Source: Octopus vulgaris
Lineage: Eukaryota
Reading direction: 5' to 3'
DNA length: 64,000 nucleotides
NCBI GenBank assembly: GCA_951406725.2
Contig: OX597814.1
Coordinates: 205,778,001 to 205,842,000, forward strand
Shown here piece after piece: positions 28,033-39,501 of the stretch; position 1 is the first letter of the stretch; the number at the start of each line of letters is the position of its first letter. Position numbers and translations under genes: made by a program. The notes under the pieces were generated by a model. The model had not been told where the DNA came from. It searched no databases and worked only from the letters and a program-made list of their open reading frames with translations.

Positions 28033-28525
28033 GATCTTAAATTTGAGATGTTAAAGGAAAGAAGTTCAAAGATGGAATGAATACATGGAGAGCCAAGTGT
28101 TTTAGAGGGAGAAATTGGGGGAGGTATTCAGATAGGGAATCGTGAGAGGAGAAAATAAATTTCAAGAGTTAGGGGTTAATAAAGAGACTAGTAGGGAGTA
28201 ATAGTAGTAGAGGTGGAAGAGAGGAGGGTTGTGTTGGTGGTAATTGTTGGGATAGCGACAAAAGAGAATGGCCATTATTTGGGAGGAGTAAGTTGACTGG
28301 TTCAGTGGCTGACGGAGATTACTAAATAGAGAAGAATGAGAGAAGATAGAGGGAGGTGGATGAGAGTGATGGTGGGAGTTGATAGTCTATACTCTCCATA
28401 TTGTCCTATCCAATGCATTCCGTATTGTTCTAGGCTAATGATACATGAAGCCTCATAGTAAACAGACGTCTCTCTCTCTCTCTCTTCCAGATCAGTGGCT
28501 ATCATTGCAATATTAAGATGTTCAG
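28033..28525. repeat. Segment duplicated at ~46485-46970
   Basis: Near-identical sequence (gatcttaaatttgagatg...gcaatattaagatgttc); part of the segmental duplication. Confidence 0.85.
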
Positions 28526-28532
28526 GTCTGCA

Positions 28533-28930
28533 AGGAGGTGAGCTGGCAGAGACATTAGCACGACCGGCGAAATGCTTAGCGGTATTTCGTGTGTCTTGAC
28601 GTTCTGAGTTCAAATTCCGCCGAGGTCGACTTTGCCTTTCATCATTTCGGGGTCGATTAAATAAGTACCAGTTACTCACTGGGGTCGATGTAATCGACTT
28701 AATCCGTCTGTCTGTCCTTGTTTGTCCTCTCTGTGTTTAGCCCCTTGTGGGTAGTAAAGAAATAGGTATTTCGTGTGTCTTGACGTTCTGAGTTCAAATT
28801 CCGCCGCGGTCAACTTTGCCTTTCACCCTTTCGGGGTCGATAAATTAAGTACCAGTTGCGTATTGGAGTCGATATAATCGACTGGCCCTTCCCTAAGAAT
28901 TTCGGGCCTTGTACCTAGAGTAGAGAAGGA
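28533..28930 (+). mobile_element. tRNA-derived SINE (Nin/Deu-like core) with internal duplication
   Basis: GGAGGTGAGCTGGCAGA head; GAGTTCAAATTCCGCCG core present twice. Confidence 0.75.
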
Positions 28931-28939
28931 TACTTCTTT

Positions 28940-29210
28940 GCAGGTTATGTTCTTCGTGTAAGTTATCGCTCATCTCTTCCTTTCTTTGTCAGTGTTGATA
29001 GCTTTAAGTCACGCATCGGATAATTTGCAAGCCCTTGAGAATGCAACATGTTGCTGACCATGGCCGAATACAGGTTCAGGCAAGAACAGCCCCCACTCGA
29101 TCAAATGTCTGCCCTTGTGATTTGTGGATAGCCACTGCATAAGACAGGCCAAGGGGAAACTGGTTTCTTTCGGAAGTGAATGGCAAGTTTGGGATGTGTT
29201 AAGTAATAGG
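28940..29210 (-). mobile_element. Old Helitron helicase C-terminal fragment
   Basis: Manual translation gives RNQFPLGLSYAVAIHKSQGQTFDRVG / LPEPVFGHGQQHVAFSR (PIF1 motifs V-VI). Confidence 0.75.
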
Positions 29211-30505
29211 TGATAATAAAAGATTTAGCTCAATTCATGTACTCACTATCGCCACCCCCACCACCAGCTCTAGCACCAACAACAGTAACAGCACCTCTCT
29301 GTCTCTCTCCTCCTCTCTCTCTCGCTGTGCCTTTCTTTAACATCACCCCTCTGCTAAAATTATATTTCTAACTCTCCTCTATATCACTACCTTCAACTAA
29401 CTTTTTAACCACGTAATAAACATTACGTTCCCCCTACTATAATGTCATGGAAGCTTCTTTCTTCGTCTGTTCTCTGTTCTTTTTTTCTTTCTCTCTCGTC
29501 CTACCTCACTGTTCGCCTTATCTTCTCTTTCTCTCTCCCTCTTTTTTTCTCTGATCACGTGAAAACGTTACCGACGGGCTAAGTAACGTAACGACAAGTG
29601 GGAATGATGATTAATCTATAACTACAATGTCCATATAGAGAATAAGGTAGACCGAGTTTAATTTTAACAAAACCAAGGCAACAGACATTTATCATCAATC
29701 CAAAATCTCTTCGAATACCGCATCATCTTTCTTTCGTAACTCACAGCCTTCCATCATTGACATCCAGGAACATTCACAGAAGTTGCACAAATCTACCGCC
29801 GCATATCATTCACTTTCAGTTGATGTAAGTTGATTCCTTCATGTGAATTTCAGGGTTCAAACGAATATAATTGCTATTCTGGAAAAAGAAACCTACAAAA
29901 TAAACAACTATGCAAAAAATTTGATAGTCGTGGGCAGTTATAGTATTCAAGGGGAATAACTCGTTGACAGTATGTCCCAGTTTTCTCCCCTGAATTGCTA
30001 TTCCTTCGACGACAAATTATCAATGAGACGGAGGTTTCGGATAACTAAAGTAAGATAAACAAATAGTATTAATGATTTCTAATTTAGGAATAAGGCCAGC
30101 AATTTTGAAGTGAGGCGGTGAGATGATTCCATCGACCTTAGTACGACACGGTATTCCCAAAAGAGGAAAAGCAAAGTTGGTCTCCGTTGGATTTCAACTC
30201 GAAATGTAAATAGCTGCGAGAAATGTCGCAAGGCCATTCATGAAGAGGCTTTTACGATTCTGCTAATACTGGGAGTTAGGAAGAAGCAATGGCTGAAATA
30301 ATGTAAGGGGATCATAGAGGGAGGAAAAGCTGGAAGGTGTGAAGCAGTATGAGGTGGCTGTGCATGCATGCGTGCATACATACATACATACATACATACA
30401 TACATACATACATACATACATACATACATACATACATACATACATACATACATACATACATACATACATACATACATACATACATCTATCCATCCATCCA
30501 TCCAT

Positions 30506-30538
<33 letters not shown>

Positions 30539-30844
30539 TACATACATACATACATACATACATACATACATACATACATACATACATACATACATACATA
30601 CATACATACATACATACACACATACATACATTTATACATGCATACACACATACATACATACATACATACATACATACATACATACGCACACACATACATA
30701 CATACATACATACATACATACATACATACATACATACATACATAACAGCCGCAACAACATGAACAACAGCCAAAACAACCAGCACCGCCACCATTACGAT
30801 GGTAGCATGAACGAACAGAGAAACCGGAAAAGGTACAAAAACCG

Positions 30845-31165
30845 GGGCCTCTGCTCCATCGCCTCAATACTCAAGATATCAGCTTCTCTCGAGACCTGGG
30901 TGTCTGCAGTCTTTAAGGTCCAGCCAACACATCTCATGTGGAAGCGTCCAAGGACTTTTATATGATGTTTGTAAAGGGTCCATGTCTCACATGAGTAAAG
31001 GAGCGATGTCAGTACACATGCACGGTACACAGCAATTTTTGTTTCCCTTGTGATGCCATGCTGGGACCAGACACGAGGCTGAAGGGACCGGAAGGAATCA
31101 GTTGCTCTCTGCAGCCTGAAAGGTATTTCCTCATCCACGGAACAAGAACGGCTGAGTGTGCTGCT
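30845..31165 (-). mobile_element. RTE-clade LINE fragment
   Basis: Encodes DEEIPFRLQRA...TKIAVYRACVLTSLLYSCETWTLY. Confidence 0.8.
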
Positions 31166-31238
31166 ATATATGTATATATATGTACGTATATATCTATTGA
31201 TCTTACATGGACCGACGTGTGTAAACTGATACATATAC

Positions 31239-31290
<52 letters not shown>

Positions 31291-31897
31291 GTGCGTGTGC
31301 GCGTGTGTGTGATTTATTATATGCTGACAGGGACATGTATAGTAATATGAACGTGTGTATCTGCGTATATATATATGTTCGCATACATATATATACAATT
31401 TATTGTGTGCCTATATTTATATGTGTGTTCCCTTTCTTTTTGCACATGTAGAACCAACACATCCCTCCAAATTTTTATGCTTTTACCATATCTGTCTCTG
31501 CTCAGTTATCTCCCCTACACTCTGGCCTCTCGAACGTCCTTTTGAAATTCACTCCTTCATCTTTTTAAACACCGCAATTACTTTAATTACTTTAATTGTA
31601 ATAGTAATAATTGCTTCTCTGTTTTTAAACTGAAAGCCGCTCATCGTATGTGTGTATGTATGTATCAACGTGTGTCTGCTTTGTGTCCGTGTGTGTTCCC
31701 TACAATCGCTTGACAACCGATGTTGGCGTGTTTACGTCCCTGTAACATTAGCCCTTCGGCGAAAGAGACCAATTGAAAAAGTATTAGGATTACAAAAAAT
31801 AAGTCTGGGGGTCAATTTCTTCAAATAAACCACTTTTAAGTGGGAACTCAAATGTGGCTGCAGTCAAATGACAATAAGAGAATGAAATAACACACGG

Positions 31898-31928
<31 letters not shown>

Positions 31929-32139
31929 TACTATGAGGACATTTAGACCTCATGTAAGGATATTTTTATCCAAGACACACTGGTTTAATAGACTGAATTT
32001 TGCAGAGATATTTCTTCAATGAATATATTATATAAAATATCATAAAACATCAAAAATTATTATCAAATTTGAAAACGGAAAAATCCAATGGACACAAACT
32101 TATTAATTAATTAATTAACATCTTCACCTACAATTACTC

Positions 32140-32552
32140 TCTCTTTACTCTTTTACTTGTTTCAGTCATTTTGACTGCGGCCATGCTGGAGCACCGCCTT
32201 TAGTCGAGCAAATCGACCCCGGGACTTATTCTTTGTAAGCCCAGTGCTTATTCTATCGGTCTCTTTTGCCGAACCGCTAAGTGACGGGGACGTGAACACA
32301 CCAGCATCGGTTGTCAAGCAATGCTAGGGGGACAAACACAGACACACAAACACACACACACATATATATATATATATACACATATATACGACCGGCTTCT
32401 TTCAGTTTCCGTCTACCAAATCCACTCACAAGGCATTGGTCGTCCCGGGGCTATAGCAGAAGACACTTGCCCAAGATGCCACGCAGTGGGACTGAACCCA
32501 GAACCATGTGGTTGGTTAGCAAGCTACTTACCACACAGCCACTCCTGCGCCT
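32140..32552 (-). mobile_element. Full-length tRNA-derived SINE
   Basis: Minus-strand head GGCGCAGGAGTGGCTGTGTGGTAAGTAGC (A box) and GGGTTCAGTCCC (B box); ...GAGTAAAGAGAG tail. Confidence 0.85.
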
Positions 32553-32646
32553 ATTGTTTCATTTCGCATCCAAATTAAATTACAAAACACATATAATATA
32601 TAAACTTGAAAGGTTATATATTTATATATGTAATTTGTATCCATAT

Positions 32647-32689
<43 letters not shown>

Positions 32690-32693
<4 letters not shown>

Positions 32694-34872
32694 GACATAT
32701 ATAAAACAAGATTCTTCACTGTGTGGCATATATTCCGGACTTATCAGTCGGTAGTGATAATAATTAGAAGGAGATAAGCTGTTAGTGAATGGATTTAGTT
32801 GCATCAGATACATGGGAGATCTTAATAAGATTGTTGATTCTCTTTAGCTTCAGATTAAGCTGGTCTTTCATAAGAGACATTCCTCCCGTGACTATCCCAT
32901 ACATTTACTGTGTACAGAGAATCCAGCATCATAATTTCTGATGTATTAACTTTAGGTTGGCTGATTTTGATATCAGGGAACATTCTCGGCTACTTTTTGT
33001 AGGTGAAGCCTTCTTTATGAACCTTCTTCCATTCTTTTCTGAATTCTTGAAACAGTTGATGGAGATACAGACCAATCAGCTGCTGTCTTACTCACACATT
33101 TCTCCATTCTTTTACCAAATTTCAATCTGAGCTCGTTTCTCATGCTTCTTCTTTGTCATGTTTATTTGGCATCTGAAGATGAATTTGGACATGACTGTCA
33201 AGAGAAATGCTTACACAGACAAGATTGTTTGAGTTTTCTAGTGTTAAAAATAACATTTTGGAAAATCCAATTTACTAAAAGTAATAAGCCTATTTAAATG
33301 TGCAGGGGTGACTAAAGCTTCTCAGGTTACTGTGCATGCATGTATAAAATTGGGTTATCCGCATGAATGATGTTAATGCATTCTTTACAGATATAGATTT
33401 ACAATTTTACACATATATTTATATATTTCACACGCACAGGAAATAGTTTACACCTATTCAGGCATAGTTCTGATAATACAGTCTGTCTACCACAACTTGG
33501 GTTCTGTTTTGATCAGGAAAGCACAGAGGAAGGTTGTTTTGTTGGTTGAGAAATATTATTGATGCTTTTAAGAAATTGGCTTACTTTTTGTTTCCCAGTA
33601 TTTGTTGTACGTATATCATTGAAATCGAGAGACTCGCAAAAGGTAAGAGAATTATTATTTTCTTGGTTTAGCAACATGTCAGTGTTGCGGGAGTAGATCT
33701 ATGATACAAGACATTCTAACCTTGACCACCACCCTCTCTATTCATATGCATTATCCACCAAGGTATTTCCTTTCTAAGAATTGAAGGAAAGATTTGAGAG
33801 ATAATTGGCTGTTATTTTTAGTATTTTGTTTTTTTGGAGGAGTTCACAGTGAGACGAGGTGTCTGTCTGAGGATAAACCATGAATCCATCTGGTTTTCTT
33901 TTTTTCTCTGGGGTTGGAATACCTATAAATTCTGTTGCCTTTCCTTTCCTGTTTGTTATTGTTATTTTTGTGGTTTAATACCTTTTCACCCAGAAGAAGT
34001 CTATGTCTTCTCGTGAAGAAGTTTCTGTGATTTTCATTACTCCTCCTCTATATATCTCTGTATACTGCTGCCTGGTTCTGGTTAATTTTTTCTTTTTCTT
34101 TTACTGTTTTTCTCTTGGTTATTCTCTTCTGATTTCGAGGTTTCTCACTGACACCTTTTAGCTCCTGTTTGAGAGTGGTCAGTTCGTAATTGAGTGTCCT
34201 CTTTTTGCTATCCCCAAACATCACTTCTATCTCCTTCTTCTCTTCTTCTTGGTGAACTTTTAATACCGTGTCTGGTAGTCTTTTGCTTACTTTGATATAG
34301 AATTCTCTCTCTTCGAGAGCGTGCTTCGAAATCAAAGTTATTTCTTCTTGAAATTTTTTTAGTCGGGGCACCGCTATATAGCCCTGACTACTATTGCTGC
34401 TTTCGCAGTAAAATGATTTAGTTGTGGTTGCAGATCGTCCATGTATGGTTCCAATCTGACTAAACATCCAACAAAAGGGTTTTGTTTAGCTCTTCTATAA
34501 CAATTAATAAATCTGTCCTCAATTCATAAATCCAAGAAAAAAAAATGAGTTTTGTGGTTACGGTTTCTTCTCTAACTACAGCTAGAAAGAATCTGTTTAT
34601 CTGTTGAGCTGTTGTTTTTGTTCTGTTCCTTGGTTGTGTTGTTGTTGATGTTGTGTCCAGCCATGTTGTTTGTAGTAAATCTCTTCATGCTAAATTCAAG
34701 TTTCAGTCGAAAATCAATACAATCTTTAATAAAAGGCTCCTTCAGTTAATTCATCTGGAGATTAACCAGTTATTTAACAGGGCTTCAAAGATGGAGATAG
34801 TATTCATCGTATCTTCCATAAATAGTCTTCCATACTGAATACGTGACGTGTCACTTCGTGTCTGTGTGTCCA
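32690..34872 (-). mobile_element. Probable 5' part of a TACA-associated R4/Dong-like element (decayed); duplicated at 52230-54772 and 63650-64000
   Basis: Starts directly against (TACA)n; basic, decayed ORF pieces; related 5' ends at ~11760-11965 and ~37650-38025. Confidence 0.5.
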
Positions 34873-34986
34873 CATGTATGTATGTATGTATGTATGTATG
34901 CATGTATGTATGTATGTATGTATGTATGTATGTATGTATGTATGTATGTATGTATGTATGTATGTATGTATGTATGTATGTATGTG

Positions 34987-35850
34987 CAGATTTGTATGTT
35001 TATGTATGTATTCTCAAGCACATAGTTACATATCTAGAAATGCTCATATATATTTAATGATAAACTTCTGGAAAGTTTCACAGACCTTTACAGTTCCAGT
35101 GATGGGTCGTATCTGTAGTCTTCAAATTAGCTTTCTCCTCTCTGGTTTTGAGAAGTCTAATTTCTCTAGATTGGTATTTAGGCTGTGTGCTACATATCTC
35201 AGGGCCCCAATAATTACAAGTATAAACCTGAACTTGTAATCTGAATAGAGAAACTGCTGATTTCTCAATAGTTCAGCATAGATACACTCTTTTTCATTGA
35301 TCTTCAGCTTTATGTTCACATCTGCTGGGCAGCTAATTGCCACAACTGTACACAGTTTCTCTTCTCTATCTCAAATCATTCTATCAGGTCTGTTGGGATT
35401 ACAGTTTATTGTGGTCTACACTGGGACATTCCATCTGTATTCTTTTTTGTTACGTGTGGCTATGACTTCTACCATACTGTGGATTCTTATTTCATTCTTC
35501 TCGGGATTATGCTTACCACGGATTTCATTATAGAGTGTCCTAGCTACAACGTCATGTGACATTTACCGTGATGGTATTTTCGGACAACTGCTTAAGGTGT
35601 GGGTGATATTTTCACTGTGAACTCCACAAATTCTGCATCGGTTGTCACATTTGAATGCTTTACCTACATCTCCATCCCTTTTGTTTATCAGATACTTGTT
35701 TGATATTTCCTAATCCTCGATTGCAAACGCATACCCTTCAAAGTGGGAGATAGTAATCCCGCTGTGGGTCCATGATAAGCTGCTTTGATGATCGATGTTA
35801 CTATCAGCACGGAGCTTTCTACTTCTGCTCATATAGGCTCATGCTTTCAC
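34987..35850 (-). mobile_element. R4/Dong-like 3' fragment with (TACA)n tail
   Basis: ISCPADVNI, YKFRFILVIIGAL; homologous to ~48400-49300. Confidence 0.8.
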
Positions 35851-35974
35851 AACAAAACAACTACACGTCACCATACGATGCCGTTCATGTGTCTCTGAGT
35901 AGAATACCAGCTCACATCACTACACAATCACCCAGTGTCATATACATATATAGGACGGCAATGTTCCAACATAT

Positions 35975-36546
35975 ATTCCTTTCTACTCTAGGCATAAGGC
36001 CCGAAATTTTGGGGGATGGGACCAGCCGATAAGATCGACCCCAGTAGGCAATTGGTACTTAATTTATCGACCTCGAAGAATGAAAGGCAAAGTCGACCTC
36101 GGCGGAATTTCAACTCAGAACGTAAACACAGATGAAATACCTATATCTTTACTACCTAGAAGGGGACACAGAGGGGACAAACAAGGAAGACAAACAGATT
36201 ACATCGATTATATCGACCCCGTGCGTAACTGGTACTTATTTAATCGACCCCGAAAGGATGAAAGGCAAAGTAGACATCGGCGGAATTTCAACTCAGAACG
36301 TAAACACAGATGAAATACCTATATCTTTACTACCTACAAGGGGACACAGAGGGGACAACCAAGGAAGACAAACAGATTAAGTCGATAAGATCGACTCCAG
36401 TGCGTAACTGATACTTATTTAATCGAACTCGAAAGGATGAAAGGCAAAGTTGACCTCGACGGAATTTGAACTCAGAACGTCAAGACAGACGAAATACGGC
36501 TACGCATTTCGCCCGGCGTGCTAACGTTTCTACCAGCTCACCGCCT
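35975..36546 (-). mobile_element. SINE (Nin/Deu-like core) with triplicated internal segment
   Basis: GAAAGGCAAAGT(C/A/T)GAC..CG.CGGAATTT.AACTCAGAACGT occurs three times; tRNA-like head at ~36546. Confidence 0.75.
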
Positions 36547-37309
36547 TTGTTCCAACATATATTACGTAATAAATGTAATATATCTTGACAATTAAAGAAT
36601 TTAGTAGTCTAATATGTTTCTTACAGAACACCATATTTTGATGTTAGATTTACACTGAATGTTTTTAGTCGGTTGTTAAAGACCGAAATTTGTAAGCAAC
36701 TCCACTGACAATATTTTCGTCATTTTTGCAATTAAATTAATGACATTTACAATTATCTCCTTACTTAATTTAGTGAATATTTTGTAAGAATGGAGCTTCA
36801 TTTATTTGGCATTCACATAAAAAATATATAAAATACGAGCGTATAGCTTATTTAATGTTATCATTTAATGTCTAATTTATAGGTCAGTGGGACTTCATTT
36901 GTTAGATTCTTCCCCTGAAGAAGGAGCTGCTTTCTAACGAACATACAAAGCTCCATCATTGGAATGTAGACGACGGACATAACGTCACATTTTAAACCTG
37001 AGAAAAGTCTTGCATAGTTTTACTGTTCCATATACAGATTGTATTTGTAATGCGTTAATCCATTGATTTCTTGTTCTGAAAATCCAAGCTTATCCACACT
37101 GACAGTTAAGCATTTACTTACAAAACGAAGAGCTTTTATTATTATTGGTTCTTACGTCCTGAGTCCAAATTCCGCTGAAGTCGACTTTACCATTCATCCT
37201 TTCGGGGTCGATGAAATAAGTACCAGCCACGCACTGGAGTCGATGCAACCGACAAGCCCCTTCCGCGACAAACATTTCAGGCCTATAGTAGAAAGGATTA
37301 TTATTGGTA

Positions 37310-37600
37310 TAAATGCAATTCGTAATCTGGATATAGAAGCTGGACATTACAATGCATTTGTCCATAATTACCTTCTTTGTTTTTGATTTTCAAAGAGATA
37401 TTCCCATCAGAAGGGCAACCGACCTGTATGACGGAACCTACATTATCTTGTTTATCCCAGACAGCAATATCTGGCCTGTTATACTTACATTTCACCGATG
37501 TTTTGATGTGAATGCTCCACCAGTATTCTTTGGGCTGATATTTGTGTGTGTTTAATAAGAAGGAGCTCTCTACATTTATTCCAGGAAATGGCATTGTGCA
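37310..37600 (-). mobile_element. R4/Dong-like endonuclease fragment
   Basis: Encodes EYWWSIHIKTSVKCKYNRPDIAVWDK. Confidence 0.65.
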
Positions 37601-38165
37601 TTGTTTATTTCTGGGTGCAAATCACCCAAGTATCATTTCAATCTGTTGATTCATCTGTAATATTTAAATTAATCAATATTCAATCCATAACTCCAAGAAA
37701 AATGAGGTTTGTGTTTACGGTTTCTGCTCTAACTAAAGCTAGAAAGAATCGGTTTATCTGTTGAGCTGTTGTTTTTGTTCTGTTCCTAGGTTGTGTTGTT
37801 GTTGTTGTTGATGTTGTGTCCAGCCATGTTGTTTGTAGTAAATCTCTTCATGCTAAATTCAAGTTTCTGTCGGAAACCACCCCGATTAGTTAATCCATCT
37901 GAAGATGAACGAGTTATTTGATAAGGCTGGTAGTTTTAGCTTCAGAGTTGGAGACAGTAATCATCGTATTTTCGATGAATAGTCTGCCACATCAAATAGG
38001 TGACGTGTCGCTTGGAGTTCGTAAGTATGTATGTATGTATTTAATAAGAAGGATTTATCTACATTCATTCCAGGAAATGGCATTGTGCCTTATTTATGAG
38101 GTTGCTGTGCTCTACTAGAAGTTCCCGAAGTCCATACATACGGTATGAGTGTGAGAAAGGAATAT

Positions 38166-38517
38166 ATCAGCTCATCAAATAAGTTCTGTCCGATTTTAGC
38201 TTTTTTTAAATTGAATGAAATTTAATATTATTATAGAATGTCTATTGGAATTTAAATTTATTTTTATGCATTTCTGTACATTTCAACTAATGAAATATTA
38301 TTTTACAGAATAATAGAATTAAAATTTCTTTCATTAAAACACTTTCTAACATGGAAGTATCCAAAGAGCATTTAAAGAACATAATTTATGAGTAGAAAAA
38401 AGGAAACTCTGCAGCGGAAGCGACTCGAAACATACACTCAGTTTATGGGGAAAAATGCTTGAATGAAAGAACTTGCAGAAGATGGTTTGCAAAATTCAGA
38501 AGTGGAGATTTCAGCCT
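38166..38517 (+). mobile_element. Mariner transposon 5' fragment (TIR-like end + HTH)
   Basis: TA followed by TCAGCTCATCAAATAAGTTCTGTCCG; encodes MEVSKEH...KKGNSAAEATRNIHSVYGEKCLNERTCRRWFAKFRSGDFSL. Confidence 0.8.
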
Positions 38518-39217
38518 ATTAAGGAGGCCAAAAGTCAACAATGTGTTGAAGTATTGAATCAAAAGGATCTAACTCTTTTAATTCAATCCTTTGTCGCCAA
38601 ATAAACTCAACGTTTTAGAGGGGAGATGGCCTAATTTTTGAATGGCAATTTTTTACTGGAGCTGAGGCAACTGAAAAGTGCCAAAGAATCGTTGAAAACA
38701 GGGCAAATTGGAAAAACGTGCTTGCAGGGAGCAGTCACTTACCGTGCTTCATTATTAGCAACGCCACTGGAAGAATGCAAGAGAGACAAAGATTTACATC
38801 AGTAAAATGTTTTCAGTAGGAATTTTGCCATTTTATGAGTTTGCTTCGCTAGAGTTGATCATAGCGGCTGTAAGAAAGATAACTTTGTTTTTATGTTAAA
38901 AGTTATATGAATAACCCAGAACACTGAACGGAGGAGTAGAATATTAGACAATAGTGACACTGGGGGACTTTATAAATTCAGTATCTTTTTTTATATTTGC
39001 CATTTAAACGCTGGTTATTGCAGATAAAAAAATCATCTGTTCCATTGTGGTGTTGAGGAGTTTCACAAACTCGTACAATCAGATGTTAATCGACTGTTAA
39101 TAAAGAGAACTGTTTTTTACGTCATCTATATTGAAACCTCCGTATTTTCAGTTCAAATATAACTTGATTCAGTTATGATGCTAATTTTAATACCTTGAAC
39201 TAGGTAGCATCGAATGC

Positions 39218-39302
39218 AATAGAACATCTCCTGCAACCGTTGAATAGAAAATCTCCTGCAACCGTTGAATAGAAAATCTCCTGCAACCGTTGAATAGAAA
39301 AT
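39218..39302. repeat. 25-bp tandem repeat x3 upstream of paralog 2 (x1 at 14223, x2 at 56128)
   Basis: Unit aataga(a/c)atctcctgcaaccgttg. Confidence 0.9.
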
Positions 39303-39454
39303 ATCGACCTTGAAACGGGGATATGTTTAACCATAAAAGAGGTACTCGGCAACAGAAAAATGCATTGATTTCTCAGATACATTGACCACAACACTTATGA
39401 TTATTTCGTAACATTGCAAATGTCTATGAAATAAAGAAACGGAGTTGAATCTTC

Positions 39455-39491
39455 ATTACTTAATATGCTTTGTTTTTTCATATTTTTACAG
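39455..39491 (+). promoter_or_regulatory. Splice acceptor 10 nt upstream of the ATG (conserved at 14446 and 56376)
   Basis: ttacttaat branch-like motif followed by tgctttgttttttcatatttttacag|ATAACCAAATATGG. Confidence 0.7.
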
Positions 39492-39501
39492 ATAACCAAA
39501 T

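Noticed and set aside
32480-32552. SINE heads as tRNA genes
   Set aside because: A/B boxes are present but continue into multi-copy SINE bodies without a complete cloverleaf.
36914-36960. Further hammerhead-like cores (also near 29600, 52050, 59282, 60950 and 63530)
   Set aside because: A CUGANGA-like half is present but GAAA, the cleavage triplet or stem I is mutated; too degenerate to call.
37551-38090. ~48-bp direct repeats as a target-site duplication
   Set aside because: The two copies differ at several positions and the sequence recurs at ~12676 and ~54953, so it is better explained as related element fragments.
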